A stretch of 64,000 nucleotides of DNA from Andalucia godoyi And28. Taxonomy: Eukaryota; Protista; Jakobida. The stretch covers positions 99,978-163,977 of the forward strand of contig VRVR01000035.1 of assembly GCA_009859145.1 (NCBI GenBank). The letters are read 5' to 3'. A program made the translations under genes and the position numbers. A model generated the notes under the pieces. It did no database searches and was not told where the DNA came from. It was given only the letters and a program-made list of their open reading frames with translations. Position 1 is the first letter of the stretch. Each line of letters starts with the position of its first letter. Positions 47,138-58,480 of the stretch are shown here, piece after piece.

Positions 47138-48742
47138 TCAGCGAGCTTTTGCGGCCAATGATTCGGCAAAAACCTGTGCACGCGCAATTTGATTCGATTG
47201 AACGTTGTTCACAGCCGCGCTGATCGACGCGAATACCGTCTGAGAAACGTTTGCATCGAGACACCGAGCTTTCAAATCACGAAACTCTCCAGAGAGTTTT
47301 TCGACGGCCTTCACAAACTCCCTGAGTCGTGGCTGCTGGTTTTGAGAAACCACCGCCAAATGCCCGAATGTATGCCAAAAATGTGTCAAAATCTCGTTCA
47401 GGGACAGAAACAAACTCTTGAGCTTGTCCACAAATTCAGACTGTGTGCCACCTTTGCCTTGTCCGGATTGTCCAATGAAGGGCGCGTCTTCCTTCAACAC
47501 GGTCGAAGAAGCGTCAGCAATTTCTTCAAAAATACTCAAAGGAGTCGTGGGAAACATGGACAAGCCATTTCGGCGCTCTGCGACAAGTTTCGCATCACCG
47601 GCACTCAGGGACTTCTCAAAGTACGTGTCATAGTCACGTACTGACAGCGGGACCAGCCTCTTTTTCTTTGAGGCTCGCAACTCCGGAAGGTCATCCACTA
47701 CATTATCCGCAACCAACGAAACACGGTCCACAACAAGTTCAGAATGGCGATTGATTTTCCGAAATAGCGCAATACGAGGATCTGAAGCATGGTCAAGCGG
47801 TGCATCATCTGTTCGCAGACCATGAAACGCATCCGACTCTTCATTTCGAGAAAGATTATTTCTGCCGGTAATATGCTTCAGATCCGAAATGAGGTCCTCC
47901 CAAGACGTATCTCCCGCATCTTCAGCCTGAAGAGACTTGAGTTTCTCCAATATCTTACGTGATCTGTCTGCAGACTTGCTGTCCTCTTTGGAAGCCGATT
48001 CCGTTGCATCATCCTCATCTACTCTGTGGAAATATGCCGATCGCAAAATAATGGACCAAAATTCTTTCTCTGTGCAGTCCAAAGGAACCATTCGCTTGTA
48101 GGCTCTGCGAATCGACACGTGATTCTGCAATATCGCGTGCTTGTCCCGAGCAGTCAAGGTGACTTTCTTGGTTGCAGAAGATGTAATTGGCTGTTCGGCG
48201 GAAAGCTTGTTCTCTACACCACTTTCCATGGCCAGGAATCGCGCATGGATCGCTTCATTCCGACGATCCCAAAATTCTGTGTCGGTAAGCATTTTTCGGT
48301 TGACAACCAATTCTTGATGAAGCGACTTCATTTGAGGATTCATTTCCAACACAGTTTTTCGAAGGCGAAGAGTCTCCTCCACAGCTGCTGGATCGTCGTC
48401 CTTTGGGGGATTGGCTTTCCAATGCTGCAGAATGTCCCGCACCATATCTCTTGATTCAGACGCATTCGCAGTTCCTGAAAAGTCCAACACGTAAGAATCG
48501 TCTTTGGAAGCTTCTTTTGAAGCAAACGAAATCTGAAGCAAGACTCTGCCTTTGGCGTTTGTTGCATTCGCTTTCACAGCCGATATGCTCTGAATTGCCA
48601 GCACCAGCGTTGGCTTCTTCGAAACCGAGCCAACTTCATGCTCCTTGTGGAAAATCAACTTGCGCGAGCTGATCGAAACGATTCCAATGACGTTCTTGAT
48701 GGAACAAGGAGCGCTAAACAGCACCTTCTCCGATTCAGACAT
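47138..48742 (-). CDS. GTF2H1: TFIIH subunit p62/TFB1
   Basis: N-terminal PH-like domain (VLLQIS...VLDF...RDMVRDIL); two BSD motifs (LTDTEFW; TEKEFWSIILRSAYFHR); FRKINRHSELVV. Confidence 0.85.
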   Translation of the reverse strand: MSESEKVLFSAPCSIKNVIGIVSISSRKLIFHKEHEVGSVSKKPTLVLAIQSISAVKANATNAKGRVLLQISFASKEASKDDSYVLDFSGTANASESRDMVRDILQHWKANPPKDDDPAAVEETLRLRKTVLEMNPQMKSLHQELVVNRKMLTDTEFWDRRNEAIHARFLAMESGVENKLSAEQPITSSATKKVTLTARDKHAILQNHVSIRRAYKRMVPLDCTEKEFWSIILRSAYFHRVDEDDATESASKEDSKSADRSRKILEKLKSLQAEDAGDTSWEDLISDLKHITGRNNLSRNEESDAFHGLRTDDAPLDHASDPRIALFRKINRHSELVVDRVSLVADNVVDDLPELRASKKKRLVPLSVRDYDTYFEKSLSAGDAKLVAERRNGLSMFPTTPLSIFEEIADASSTVLKEDAPFIGQSGQGKGGTQSEFVDKLKSLFLSLNEILTHFWHTFGHLAVVSQNQQPRLREFVKAVEKLSGEFRDLKARCLDANVSQTVFASISAAVNNVQSNQIARAQVFAESLAAKAR

Positions 48743-49200
48743 CACGCCATACCGATTCCTTCGCGAACGAGGCCCAGAGTCAGAAGCAACGAACAACGAG
48801 AACGCAGACGTTTTCGATGATTCTTCTTTTTCTTTTGAATTTGTGAGAGCGTCTTTGCGGGTCGAAGGAAAGCTAAAAGAGAGGGAGGGGGGGGGGGGGG
48901 GTTGTGTGAGATGAGACTTGAGACTTGAGCCTATTGGTTTTTTCGCGCCTGAGGAGAATCGATTCGGATGTTTTTTTGCCCGGGAAAAGGGAACCTTGCC
49001 GCCTGCTGTAATGGCCCTCGTTCGCCACTCCAGGATCCCCCGAGGGACAGAAGAAAATGCTGCTGCTGCTCCTCGGTCCTGTTTCGAAATTGAGCATTCA
49101 CTCTTGCTCCATTTTTCGTTCATTCCGTTTTCGTTTTCGGTATTTTTTTTTTGTCACTCACTCTTTAATTTATCTCTTGTATTCCGGCCATCTGGCGTTG

Positions 49201-50010
49201 ATGAAGCTTCCCCTCCCCGTTTCTGTGGACTTCGGGGCACATTGTCTTGCCGACTCGGACCTTTTCTGTCGGCAGCGGGGTCGCGGGACATTGTCCTTCG
49301 AAAGCGCAGACGTCCAATGCGCAACTTTCACTCTCGCCGTGGAGTTTTTTGTCCCACTTCCGGATTCCGTGTCTCCGACGTTATTTGTCGAGTCATGCCA
49401 GACCGTTCTTGCAAAGCCAGTGAAACACCCCCACTCGTCGTCTTCGTCGTCATGGAGTGATTCTGAAACGGATTTGAGCAGTTCATCGAATGCCTTTGCC
49501 GATTCCTTGCATGAAAATGGCCTTTGGTCGCCTGTGGATGCCATCATGATCCACAACATCAAGTGTCATCTTGTACCTGCGACATCGGATGGAGACGTTT
49601 CGACGGTATATCAATTTCGCTTCAGTGTTTCTCGTTTTGCACCCTTTTTTGCGACGGCCTTGTCGACAGAGGACATGGTCACACTTTATCGATTCAAGAT
49701 TAGCGGTGACAAGTGTTGCTCCTGGTCTTCCCGAGATTTTTCATTTATTCAAGAACTTTTTGGACCGATTTCTAATGTGCGTTCCGTGGATTTGGACTTG
49801 CAGCTTCCCAGTTGTTCTGTTTGTCTTGACACAGGTTCGACCTTAGTGCTATCGGCTCCGCAATCTCCCGCATTCCCGTCGTCAACTTATCAGAATGGTA
49901 CCTCATTTAGCGTCTCGCCCCGTGTGGTTCTGAAACCCAGGCCACGTTATGCCTTCCCGTCTCCTCGCCTCGTTGCGTTGTACTTTGGTGTTCGGAAATT
50001 GCCTCTGTAA
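49201..50010 (+). CDS. Hypothetical protein
   Basis: About 270-aa open frame with globular-like composition filling the gap between known genes; no family recognised. Confidence 0.5.
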   Translation: MKLPLPVSVDFGAHCLADSDLFCRQRGRGTLSFESADVQCATFTLAVEFFVPLPDSVSPTLFVESCQTVLAKPVKHPHSSSSSSWSDSETDLSSSSNAFADSLHENGLWSPVDAIMIHNIKCHLVPATSDGDVSTVYQFRFSVSRFAPFFATALSTEDMVTLYRFKISGDKCCSWSSRDFSFIQELFGPISNVRSVDLDLQLPSCSVCLDTGSTLVLSAPQSPAFPSSTYQNGTSFSVSPRVVLKPRPRYAFPSPRLVALYFGVRKLPL

Positions 50011-50378
50011 CGACTGTTACTCCAGGGTGTATGCTTTTCGTTGCTGTCCCTCTGCGAAATTTGTATCTGAACTTTTCCTCGTGCTTTTATTTGTTTATCT
50101 TCTTTTGTTTATTTTGTGTTGTCTGGAAATTTGTTTCGATCTGTGACTACCTGCAGACAGTCAATCATGTCTCTGCTGTTGTTTCGGAATTCGTTTTTTC
50201 CGCGTGCTCACACTTGTGACTTGGTGCAGCATGTTTTCCGCATTGTCGGGCGTCGTGGTGTAATTTTCTTGTTTTGCTGTTTTGTTTTTGTTCTGTATTT
50301 GGTGTTGTATTATCGTTAAATGTGATTTCTGTTTCATTGATGGGCGTACTCATTGTGTTTTGTACAAGGCGAGTCTTT

Positions 50379-51785
50379 TTACTTTAAATTCTGTACAGCA
50401 AAAGTCAAAAGATCGGAAGCTTGACGGTATAGTCCAACAAGCCAATCCACAACGCTCGTTGGCCAAGTTGCGGAATAGAATATTCTAAACGGCGCTCCGA
50501 GAATCTTGCGAGACAGCTTCCCTTCTGGAAACAGCGCATCCATCGTCGACTTGGCAGCTCGCCGAACCTCCACATCGGCACATAGGCCAGCGCCTGATAT
50601 CCTAAGCGAGTACAGCGTTTTGTGCAGTCGAACTCGGGTTTCCTCTAAAAATGGAATCTTGCGAGTGTACGCCAATCCGCTCAAGTATCGAAGCAGCACG
50701 TTCTTGTTTCGAATATGATGCAACTGCAATAGAGATTCGCGCATAAACAACTCCGAAGCGTTGACAATTTTCAAAGGAACATCGGACGGTGCAGCTACTG
50801 CACCCGAGTCTCCATCGCCAGCAGACGCCGAATCCTTGGAGTCATCGTCCGTCAAGACCGAGCCTACGGGAAAGATGGGAGAGGCGGAAATTGCACAAGA
50901 CGTCTCGCTCTCAGAATCCAAAACCACCCCCACAGTATCGTCATCATCCTGCTGAAGAGCATCCACCATCGAGTCATCAAAGAAGGACTTTGTCTTTGAA
51001 AATTTGGGAACGCAATGCCCCTGTTCTTGCAATTCCGACGCATTCATGCAGGCAGCAGTGATGACTCGCTGTAGAGACTGCACAAAAGCATAGCACTTGT
51101 GAGATTCATCGTAGTAAAAGAAGAAGCGGCAAGTAAGGGCTGCAACATCCGTCCTGCATGACCATGCCATTGTGCACATTCCTTGTTCCCCAATTTCAAA
51201 GCAAACCATTCTCAAGTAGCGATAAATGGGCTCAAACGTACGGCACTCCTTATCCAAATCTGCAAAAAAGAGCTTGCCCGCGCCGCGGAGCCAGACGTTG
51301 CAGCGCGAAGTCGACATGCCTTGGTTCAAGAAGCGATAGAATAAGAGAGCATAGAGAGGAGCGGAAAGACTATGGCCAAGAAGTACACGAAATAATTCCT
51401 GAACTTCATCTGCAAGCGAAAGACGCCCGGAATAATAATCAGCGAGAATCTGATAGTAGAACACACCAGAAGACGTTTCGGTCTGAGTCTGTAACAATGA
51501 ACGAGTCGACTTATTTGGTGGAGAAGCGTCGCGCAAAGAGGACACCGCTTCGAAATCGAGATGGGGTTCTGACTCCCGCATCTTCTGCAACACCGACAGT
51601 GACACTGGTGCACAAAGGGAAGATAGCAGGTCTTCCAATAGTCGCATCCGTTCAGAGCCCGACGATTCGCATGCCCTCTGCAAATCTCTCAGCACTTCTT
51701 TTGAAATATTTTCGGCAACGGCAATGGATCTATGATCATGTACCACGGACATTGCAGAAAAAGTAGCAAATGCACGCAACAACAA
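50379..51785 (-). CDS. Conserved uncharacterised protein (C-terminus resembles a plant/algal uncharacterised family)
   Basis: PLYALLFYRFL; RVRLHKTLYSL...VRRAAKSTMDALFPEGKLSRKIL...FRIFY recalls a family with VRHAAWDALDxLFPxG (from memory, unverified). Confidence 0.6.
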   Translation of the reverse strand: MLLRAFATFSAMSVVHDHRSIAVAENISKEVLRDLQRACESSGSERMRLLEDLLSSLCAPVSLSVLQKMRESEPHLDFEAVSSLRDASPPNKSTRSLLQTQTETSSGVFYYQILADYYSGRLSLADEVQELFRVLLGHSLSAPLYALLFYRFLNQGMSTSRCNVWLRGAGKLFFADLDKECRTFEPIYRYLRMVCFEIGEQGMCTMAWSCRTDVAALTCRFFFYYDESHKCYAFVQSLQRVITAACMNASELQEQGHCVPKFSKTKSFFDDSMVDALQQDDDDTVGVVLDSESETSCAISASPIFPVGSVLTDDDSKDSASAGDGDSGAVAAPSDVPLKIVNASELFMRESLLQLHHIRNKNVLLRYLSGLAYTRKIPFLEETRVRLHKTLYSLRISGAGLCADVEVRRAAKSTMDALFPEGKLSRKILGAPFRIFYSATWPTSVVDWLVGLYRQASDLLTFAVQNLK

Positions 51786-52145
51786 CGGTTGACTTCAAAC
51801 TTCAATATGCACACTCAAGATCGCGAAGCACCAATACAAAGGAACAGAACGCACATCACTGCGCAGTGTGTTGGAGATGCTGACAAAAAATTGAAATGCT
51901 GAAAACCTTTTCCCCCGCTCTCCGTTTCTCCGTTTCCTCAACAAGTCGAGTTTCGTCGAGTCTGCCTGTCTGTGATTACTTGACACGGTACCAATGCAGT
52001 CCCCGTCCCTACTCGGTGTTTGTGGACCCGTTCCAAACCAATGCTCAGCTTCGCTTTGCTTTGCTTCGCGTTGCTTTGCTTTGCTTTTGAATTCCCTTCT
52101 TGATATGTACATTGCACTGACTCCAGTACTTGTTTATTATTGCGC

Positions 52146-55100
52146 ATGAAGCTAATTGCAATATCAAAGGTATTGCCAAGTGGTCCGAGTTACAATGCAA
52201 AGCTCTCAACGTATGTCATCGCAATGATGCACACACCTCACGCTGCTCAACGTGCTGCATTCTGTCCATCCATACGTCCAATGCTGAACTAACCCCTCTC
52301 TTTCCCACTCCATTGGTCCGCCCTGATCCCAGAAAACCTCTTTGTTGTTCATGGAACAACATGATTGCAGTTGCCACAACCGACGATTTTCCTATGCTGT
52401 ATGTTTTGAACTGGGAGGTTCTTTCTGTTCCGTTTTTTCTCGGCTATTCCTGTTACATTTTATTGTTGTTGCTGTTTGTTACGATGTACTGATTTTCTGT
52501 TTTGCGTTGCTGCGTTTCTGTTCTGTGTTTTCCATTCGCTCAGATCCACGGGACGAAATGTCATCCACATAATCGATTCGAATCTTCCGACCTCTGCGTT
52601 TTCATTTGCAACAGGTATGTTTTCGGCATTTTATTGATGCGTGTTTTTTTGTTTTGTTTTGTTTGTTGACTGTTATTTCATTCCGTGCGAGTTCGTGAGC
52701 TGATCGTTTTCCCTTTCTTAAAATGGATTTATTGTGCGCAGAGCATGCATCGGCCATTCAATTCTTGGATTTTTCGCGAGCGGCAGAGGGAACCATGCTG
52801 GTCGCTGCAGATGATTCAGGCTACATTTCTGTGCACTCGTCACGAGGTCGTGCCATCAACCAGTATGAGTCCGTTTTCAGTGACCAATTGTCGGGAAAGT
52901 TGGAGCTTGTGAAGTGGATTTCGTACTCCAACACTCTAGTGTTTAGCACAGATGACGCAAAAGTGAGCGACATTGTCAAAGTGAATGACAAGATCAGATT
53001 CTCAAACTTCCATTCCCACCAGTTTTTGCAGGGGACTCCGGTCCTTGTTGCGGTGGAGTCATCCAGTGCAGCGCATATTTACTATTTTGATGTTCCGGAT
53101 GAGGCTCCATGCAGGATCGACTTCAATTTGCCTGTTTCCGGTGTCGAGTCCGTGGACGTTGCTGTACGAGCAAGTGGCAAGATCTCAATGATTATTTTGG
53201 AAAGTGTGCACGCATCTCATCTTCTGATTGTCGACATCTCCGTGAATGTCTGTTCAGAAGCGTGCGTGTGCACCGTCGATTCGTATATTCCCCTGCAACC
53301 GTCCGTTTCCATGTCTTCGCAACTGCTTAGTGTATTTTACACGCCAGTGTCTCAGGGATTGCAAGCATTCTTGTTGACGCGCGAGGCATCTGAAAACGTC
53401 TCCTTGCTGTCTGTTGGTGCGAGTCTGCCACCGCAAAACGTCGGAGCTTCTGAAGGTGATGTTTTCTTGACTCTTGGTTGTTCTTCTTGGAAACCTTTAG
53501 AAAAGTTCGAGTTCGCTCCTGAAAAGATCGTTCCTTTTCCCGCAGGGTCTTTGAATCTCCCATCCTTCATTTCTCGCGAATCTCTGCTCGACGATGCGCA
53601 TTCTTCGGAAGGGCATCGAATACTGTCTCTTGAAACATTGACGTGCTATTGCATTTCGTCGGATTGTCGGTTCCTGGCTTTTGGATACAGCGATGGGCTT
53701 GTCTTACTCTGCGATGGGGCGAGATTACATGTTGTTGATAGTTTTCGTTTCTCCGTTGCGAAACATTCTGTGGGTAACGGCTCCGGCTTGGTGGAGTCCG
53801 CAAGTGGCGACGACTGGATCGATTCCATTTGTGCTGATCCTGACGAGTCTTCATTGTCGGTTGTCGGTCTGTCTTTTTCTCCGTCTTGTTTGCTGTTGTA
53901 TGTGTTCCTTTCTGATGGTCGTTTAGCAATCATCGATGTCATCCAAGATATCCTTTTGGAGCTGTCGAAACCGGCAGTGTCGCAGCTTTTTGCAGACTAC
54001 ATTTTCCCATGTTTCTATCTGGGCAATGATATGTTCGACGTAATCTTGCCACTCCGTTTTACCATTGAAAGCAAATTTACGGACTTGCAAGACAAGAATG
54101 ATTTTGCGCGGACTGTCCATCAGGTTGCGGCAAGTGCATCCAAAGCGGATCCGAAAGGTTTTGATGGTTCCAAGATGAAGCCTTTTGAACGCTTTATCCA
54201 TTTCAGCTCGGATCCGACTGCATGGTCGTTTTTTGGACACGATGTTCAAATTATCTTTTCAACCATCAATGATTTGTGCCGTCGAACCTTTGGACCTCTG
54301 TTCAAATTCATCCACGACGACTATTTGAGTTTTACAAAATGGAAAAAGTACACTGAAGAATCATTTCGACTGGACATTACCGGTCTTCGTGACAAGTATT
54401 CCATGCATCACTTCGTTTCCTTGGTTCTTGGATTTTGCCGTCTTGCAAAAGAGTATGGCAAGAAAGGAATCAATATTCTGATGAAGGATTCTGATCTGCT
54501 CATGCTGTGGCCACTTGTTCGATGGTTCTACATGTATTGTCGCTATGCATCTTTGGCCGTCCGTTCTGTGGCGTCGAGGATACGAAAGGGTGAAAGGGAT
54601 CGCATCGCGAGCTTCCATCTCGAGTATCCCGGGCTGGATTTCCTGCTTCGGTCGGGAACAAACGCAATTCACGTCAAGCAGTCCTTTGAGATTTGCGCTA
54701 CTGTAATGTGCATCTTGTTTTCTGTTTCTCGAGTTCGACGCATAATGTTCAAGGTCATCCTCGAGAGTGCAGACGACAAGGTGAAGGAGGAAATCGCCGA
54801 AGCCATTCGGCTGTTTGACTCGGATCTTTTCAAAGAAAATGCGAATGTTGGATACCGCGTCTACGCTTCGTATGAAGATCTGGAAATCGCAGAGTTCTTT
54901 TCGTTGTTCTTGTGTGCCGCGATGAAAAACGTTGATCCTACCTCGCAAAGATCTTTGGATCCCAACGATCCCAACTCCAAGCTGTCTGTTGTGAGTCAGT
55001 TCTATTTATTCAATCCGGCTTCCTTCCCGTTGCGATCGAAGGCGTTTTCACCGGATTGCGACCCTTCTCTGGACGTTTTTGACATGTCCAAGGCAGCGAT

Positions 55101-55431
55101 GGCGTGCCGCAAGTTTTTCGACAGCCTTAATTTGCGAATCAACTTTCGTGATTCGCTCTTGGCTTCCTGCTTTCCAGAGGCAACGTCGAGCTCTGGTGTC
55201 GCAAATGACATTCTTCCCTCGTCACTCTTGCCGCCCGCCGAGCAGTTCGACTGTTTCACAGACTCGGTATTTTCTCTGATGTCGGCACACAGGAAATGCT
55301 CCCGGTGTCTCCGACTCTCGTCCATCAGACTCGCCACTTCAGGCGGCTGGTGGTATTTCCACGAACTGCAAACAGCCTGTGTGTTTTGCCACGGAGCATT
55401 GTTGTACATTCCCAGCAAAGAATCAAATTGA
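52146..55431 (+). CDS. MED16: Mediator subunit 16-like; exons 52146-52210, 52333-52398, 52544-52614, 52742-55431
   Basis: Three GTATGT...CAG introns splice in frame to give STKPLCCSWNNMIAVAT...NVIHIIDSNLP...EHASAIQFLDF, resembling MED16 PLACAWSCRNLIAF/MIHILDTEHP/EHHEAITCLEW. C-terminal RKCSRC...ACVFCHG zinc motif. Confidence 0.75.
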
Positions 55432-55579
55432 TGATTATGTCAAATTGGAGTGTTTTGCTGCCCCAGTACTGTTGCGATGGGTAGAACAAAAGAAGAAAGC
55501 AAATAATAATAATAATAATAATAAATAAATAAATAAACAAACAAAAATCATAAGAGACTACTGGCAAGAATGCACTCTC

Positions 55580-55580
<1 letters not shown>

Positions 55581-55610
<30 letters not shown>
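55581..55610. repeat. (CTGT)n tetranucleotide repeat, near (AAT)n/(AAAT)n runs at about 55500-55535
   Basis: Seen directly between the convergent 3' ends. Confidence 0.85.
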
Positions 55611-55612
<2 letters not shown>

Positions 55613-55858
55613 TTATAACCGCAAAACCAAAAACCAACTACTCTTCAACCCGGACGGCAACGAATCTGGATCCACAGAGAACAAAACAACTGAAAAATTA
55701 ACCAACTATCAGGATCAAAATCAAAAAAAAAAAAAAAAGAAGAAAGAAACCTGTTCCTGCTTGTCTTCCTCATCGTCATGATCAAGAACAACTACCATTA
55801 CTGCATCAGCAAGTACCACTTAACCAACCCTACAAAAAGGACACAGGCGCACCAATCA

Positions 55859-57148
55859 CTATACGGAAGGGCCGAACAAGAAAGGCGCATGCGTCTTGAT
55901 CGGACTTCGTCGGATATTGTCCGAGATGGGCGGCGTTCCATAAATGGTTTCGCCTGGTCTGTCAGACCGTTCAGTGGACCGGTTTGGGGCAGCTCCTGCC
56001 AAGGTACGAGCTCCTGGAACAGTTGAGGGGCCTCTTCGAACGTGCACAGGAGGCGAGGCTGCGGCTGCATTTGGAGTGCCATTGGGGACATGGGTGTTCA
56101 TCGTTGCGGATCCATTCGAAAGAAAGAACAGCACAGGATCGATTTTCAGCTCCGCTTCTGGCTTCGTATATGGTTTTCGGGACGGTGACATGTTCATTGT
56201 GTCCATATCACCGTCGATCTCTGCGGGGTCAAACAACAGTGGTGAGAATTTGTGAAATGAGCTTCCCGGTCTCGAATCCGGAGAGTTCCCAGCAGAGCAA
56301 ATGGATCCTGAAGACGGGCGACCCGGAATACGGTAGGATGGCCCATATGCGACATGGGGCAACTGAGGCTGAGCAGCTCTGGAATTTTCCAAGATGGCAG
56401 ACACATGGAGTTCCTGCTCGGACCGATGGACCAGAGGTTCTTTTGTGCCGCTGGACGGTGGTGAAGAATATGACCCGATTGGCGAAGCCTGGTCCGGAGA
56501 GCGGGTCGACAGTGATGAAAACGACGTCGAGTTCGGGTTTGGCAAAAGAAATGATCCGTCCGGAAACATTGTTTCAGATGCAGAAACAGACAAGTTGGAT
56601 CGACTTCCAAGCACTCTTCTGTTGTGAAGATGCGTCGGTGTTGCGGGTTTTGCGGAAGAGGGTGACGATCCCGCCGACGACGGCACTGGGTTGCCGCCCG
56701 CCGTCGAGGCCCTCCACTGTCGCGCAGGAGATCCCGCTTCCTGGTGAAGCACTGTTGACGATGAGCGCCGGGGTGACGACGACTCCGATGCGCCGCCATC
56801 CCGTGATGCAAGCGTTGAAGAGGAAGCTGGCCGAATGCGGTTTACACGTGTCGACGCATGGGGAGAATCCAACGGCGAGTGATGCTGCACTTGATGATGC
56901 TGCGTCGCAGAATGGGCCGTGTCGATCGATGACGACGTGGTCGCTCGCCGGCTCTTGCGCAGCGATGAACTGAGTGATGCATAGTCTGAGGCGGGAGACT
57001 GTGGAGGTGAAGACGAGTGGGACTGGAAAGATGGCGACAGCGACGATCCACGTTCCCGGACTCGGCGTCCTCCACCACCAACGCTGCCGCCAGCGCTCGG
57101 GCTATTGGAGGACGGATCGTCATGAAAGTAGAAGAATCCACCCGACAT
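55859..57148 (-). CDS. Ser/Pro-rich low-complexity hypothetical protein
   Basis: About 430-aa ORF starting MSGGFFYFHDD; disordered composition; no domain recognised. Confidence 0.55.
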   Translation of the reverse strand: MSGGFFYFHDDPSSNSPSAGGSVGGGGRRVRERGSSLSPSFQSHSSSPPQSPASDYASLSSSLRKSRRATTSSSIDTAHSATQHHQVQHHSPLDSPHASTRVNRIRPASSSTLASRDGGASESSSPRRSSSTVLHQEAGSPARQWRASTAGGNPVPSSAGSSPSSAKPATPTHLHNRRVLGSRSNLSVSASETMFPDGSFLLPNPNSTSFSSLSTRSPDQASPIGSYSSPPSSGTKEPLVHRSEQELHVSAILENSRAAQPQLPHVAYGPSYRIPGRPSSGSICSAGNSPDSRPGSSFHKFSPLLFDPAEIDGDMDTMNMSPSRKPYTKPEAELKIDPVLFFLSNGSATMNTHVPNGTPNAAAASPPVHVRRGPSTVPGARTLAGAAPNRSTERSDRPGETIYGTPPISDNIRRSPIKTHAPFLFGPSV

Positions 57149-57573
57149 TTGTTTTGCGCTCGTCCTCTCTTTTTTCCTTCTGCAAAATAATAATCCAAAC
57201 AAACAAGGCTTCAATCGCAAAAAAGAACGAATCTGCCAGTGGCTACGGAATCCAGGAATAGAGAAGGTTTCGTTAAAGACAATGTGAGACTTTTTTTTTT
57301 CTCTGTGACGTTCTGTATTCTAAAGTTTTTCTGAGAACTCCTTTTGTTTTGGTCGTTGGAACGATCCTTTTTGCAAAGGGAAGGGATCGAGTCCGATCGG
57401 GAGGGGCGTTTGCATGGGCACAATGTACAGCAGGCAGACGAGAGAAGTGGAGAAACGGAAAAGGAAAAACGAAAAACGGAGAAAAAAAAGCTTCAAGGTC
57501 AAAGGACCGTAGTGCTGCTCATTTGGATGAGAGAAGCAGAGAGGCGAGGCTTAATGAATTTTGTTACCGCCCC

Positions 57574-57668
57574 AACCCTAGGGTTCGGAAACCTCCAATT
57601 TGTTCAATTGCCATCATTTTTATTGAAAAGGAGGTGGCTTTCTTCTCGTGCTGCAGACCTAACCCTAC
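57574..57668. promoter_or_regulatory. Telo-box-like motifs upstream of RPLP1
   Basis: Palindrome AACCCTAGGGTT (57574-57585) and CCTAACCCTA (57658-57667), about 180-275 nt upstream of a ribosomal protein start codon. Confidence 0.4.
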
Positions 57669-57848
57669 TTGTCATAAGCGCTTTGTTGGACGGCGTCGAT
57701 TTCCCTCTCTCTGTGTGTCTCTCTCTTCTCGTTGTCTTTTCCTCTTCTCTTCTTTTCCTCTTCTCTTCTCTTCTCTTCTCTCTCCTTGTAGTTCGCCGCC
57801 CCCAGCAAATCTGTCCCTGTCTTTTCCTGGTTAAATTTGGTACGAATC

Positions 57849-58184
57849 ATGTCGAACGCCGAGCTTGCTTGCACTTATGCCGTTCTTGCCCTCCATGACG
57901 ATGGAATTGCAATCACTGCCGACAAGATCAAGTCGCTTTTGGATGCAGCCGGTGTCAAGTATGATGCCTTCTGGCCCAAGATGTTCGCCCGCTTCTGCGA
58001 GGGTCGCAACATCAACGACCTTTTGACCGTTCAGGCCGCCCCTGCTGCCGCCGCCGCTGCCCCTGCCGCCGCTGCTGCTGCCGCCCCTGCCGCTGCCGCC
58101 GGAAAGGACGACAAGAAAGGAAAGAAGGAGGAGAAGAAGGAGGAAGAAGAAGATGGTGATATGGGATTCGGTCTCTTTGACTAA
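57849..58184 (+). CDS. RPLP1: 60S acidic ribosomal protein P1
   Basis: [20 protein letters not shown], Ala-rich hinge, C-terminal [14 protein letters not shown]. Confidence 0.97.
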   Translation: MSNAELACTYAVLALHDDGIAITADKIKSLLDAAGVKYDAFWPKMFARFCEGRNINDLLTVQAAPAAAAAAPAAAAAAAPAAAAGKDDKKGKKEEKKEEEEDGDMGFGLFD

Positions 58185-58480
58185 ATCGTTCTCTATTCCA
58201 ATTCGGGATCGTGATGATGCTTTTAAAAGAAGAAAAACGTGTGTGCTACAGCGAACCATTGGTGATGTCACAGGATTCGGAATTCCAGTCGGTACTTTGT
58301 GTGTCTCTTGTTTCTAGTTTTGTGAAATTATCATGATTCATATATGTATATTTTTCGTTTCCTTTTCTCTGACATCTTTCTTTTCCCACGCTCACATCCG
58401 CCGGTCGCTCGAAAAGATGTCGTCTCTACGACCCGCAGGTTACACAGTACGCAGTTCGACAACACGCACGACACGCACAA

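Noticed and set aside
47698-47708. 11-nt match (CTACATTATCC) to the predicted Fanzor2 guide, inside the TFIIH p62 CDS
   Set aside because: Too short, mismatched at the TAM-proximal first base, and compatible with chance.
55984-56973. 329-aa alternative minus-frame ORF and other long overlapping or antisense ORFs (e.g. 41803-42702, 21408-22040)
   Set aside because: They are shadows of low-complexity or well-identified genes and have no recognisable motifs.
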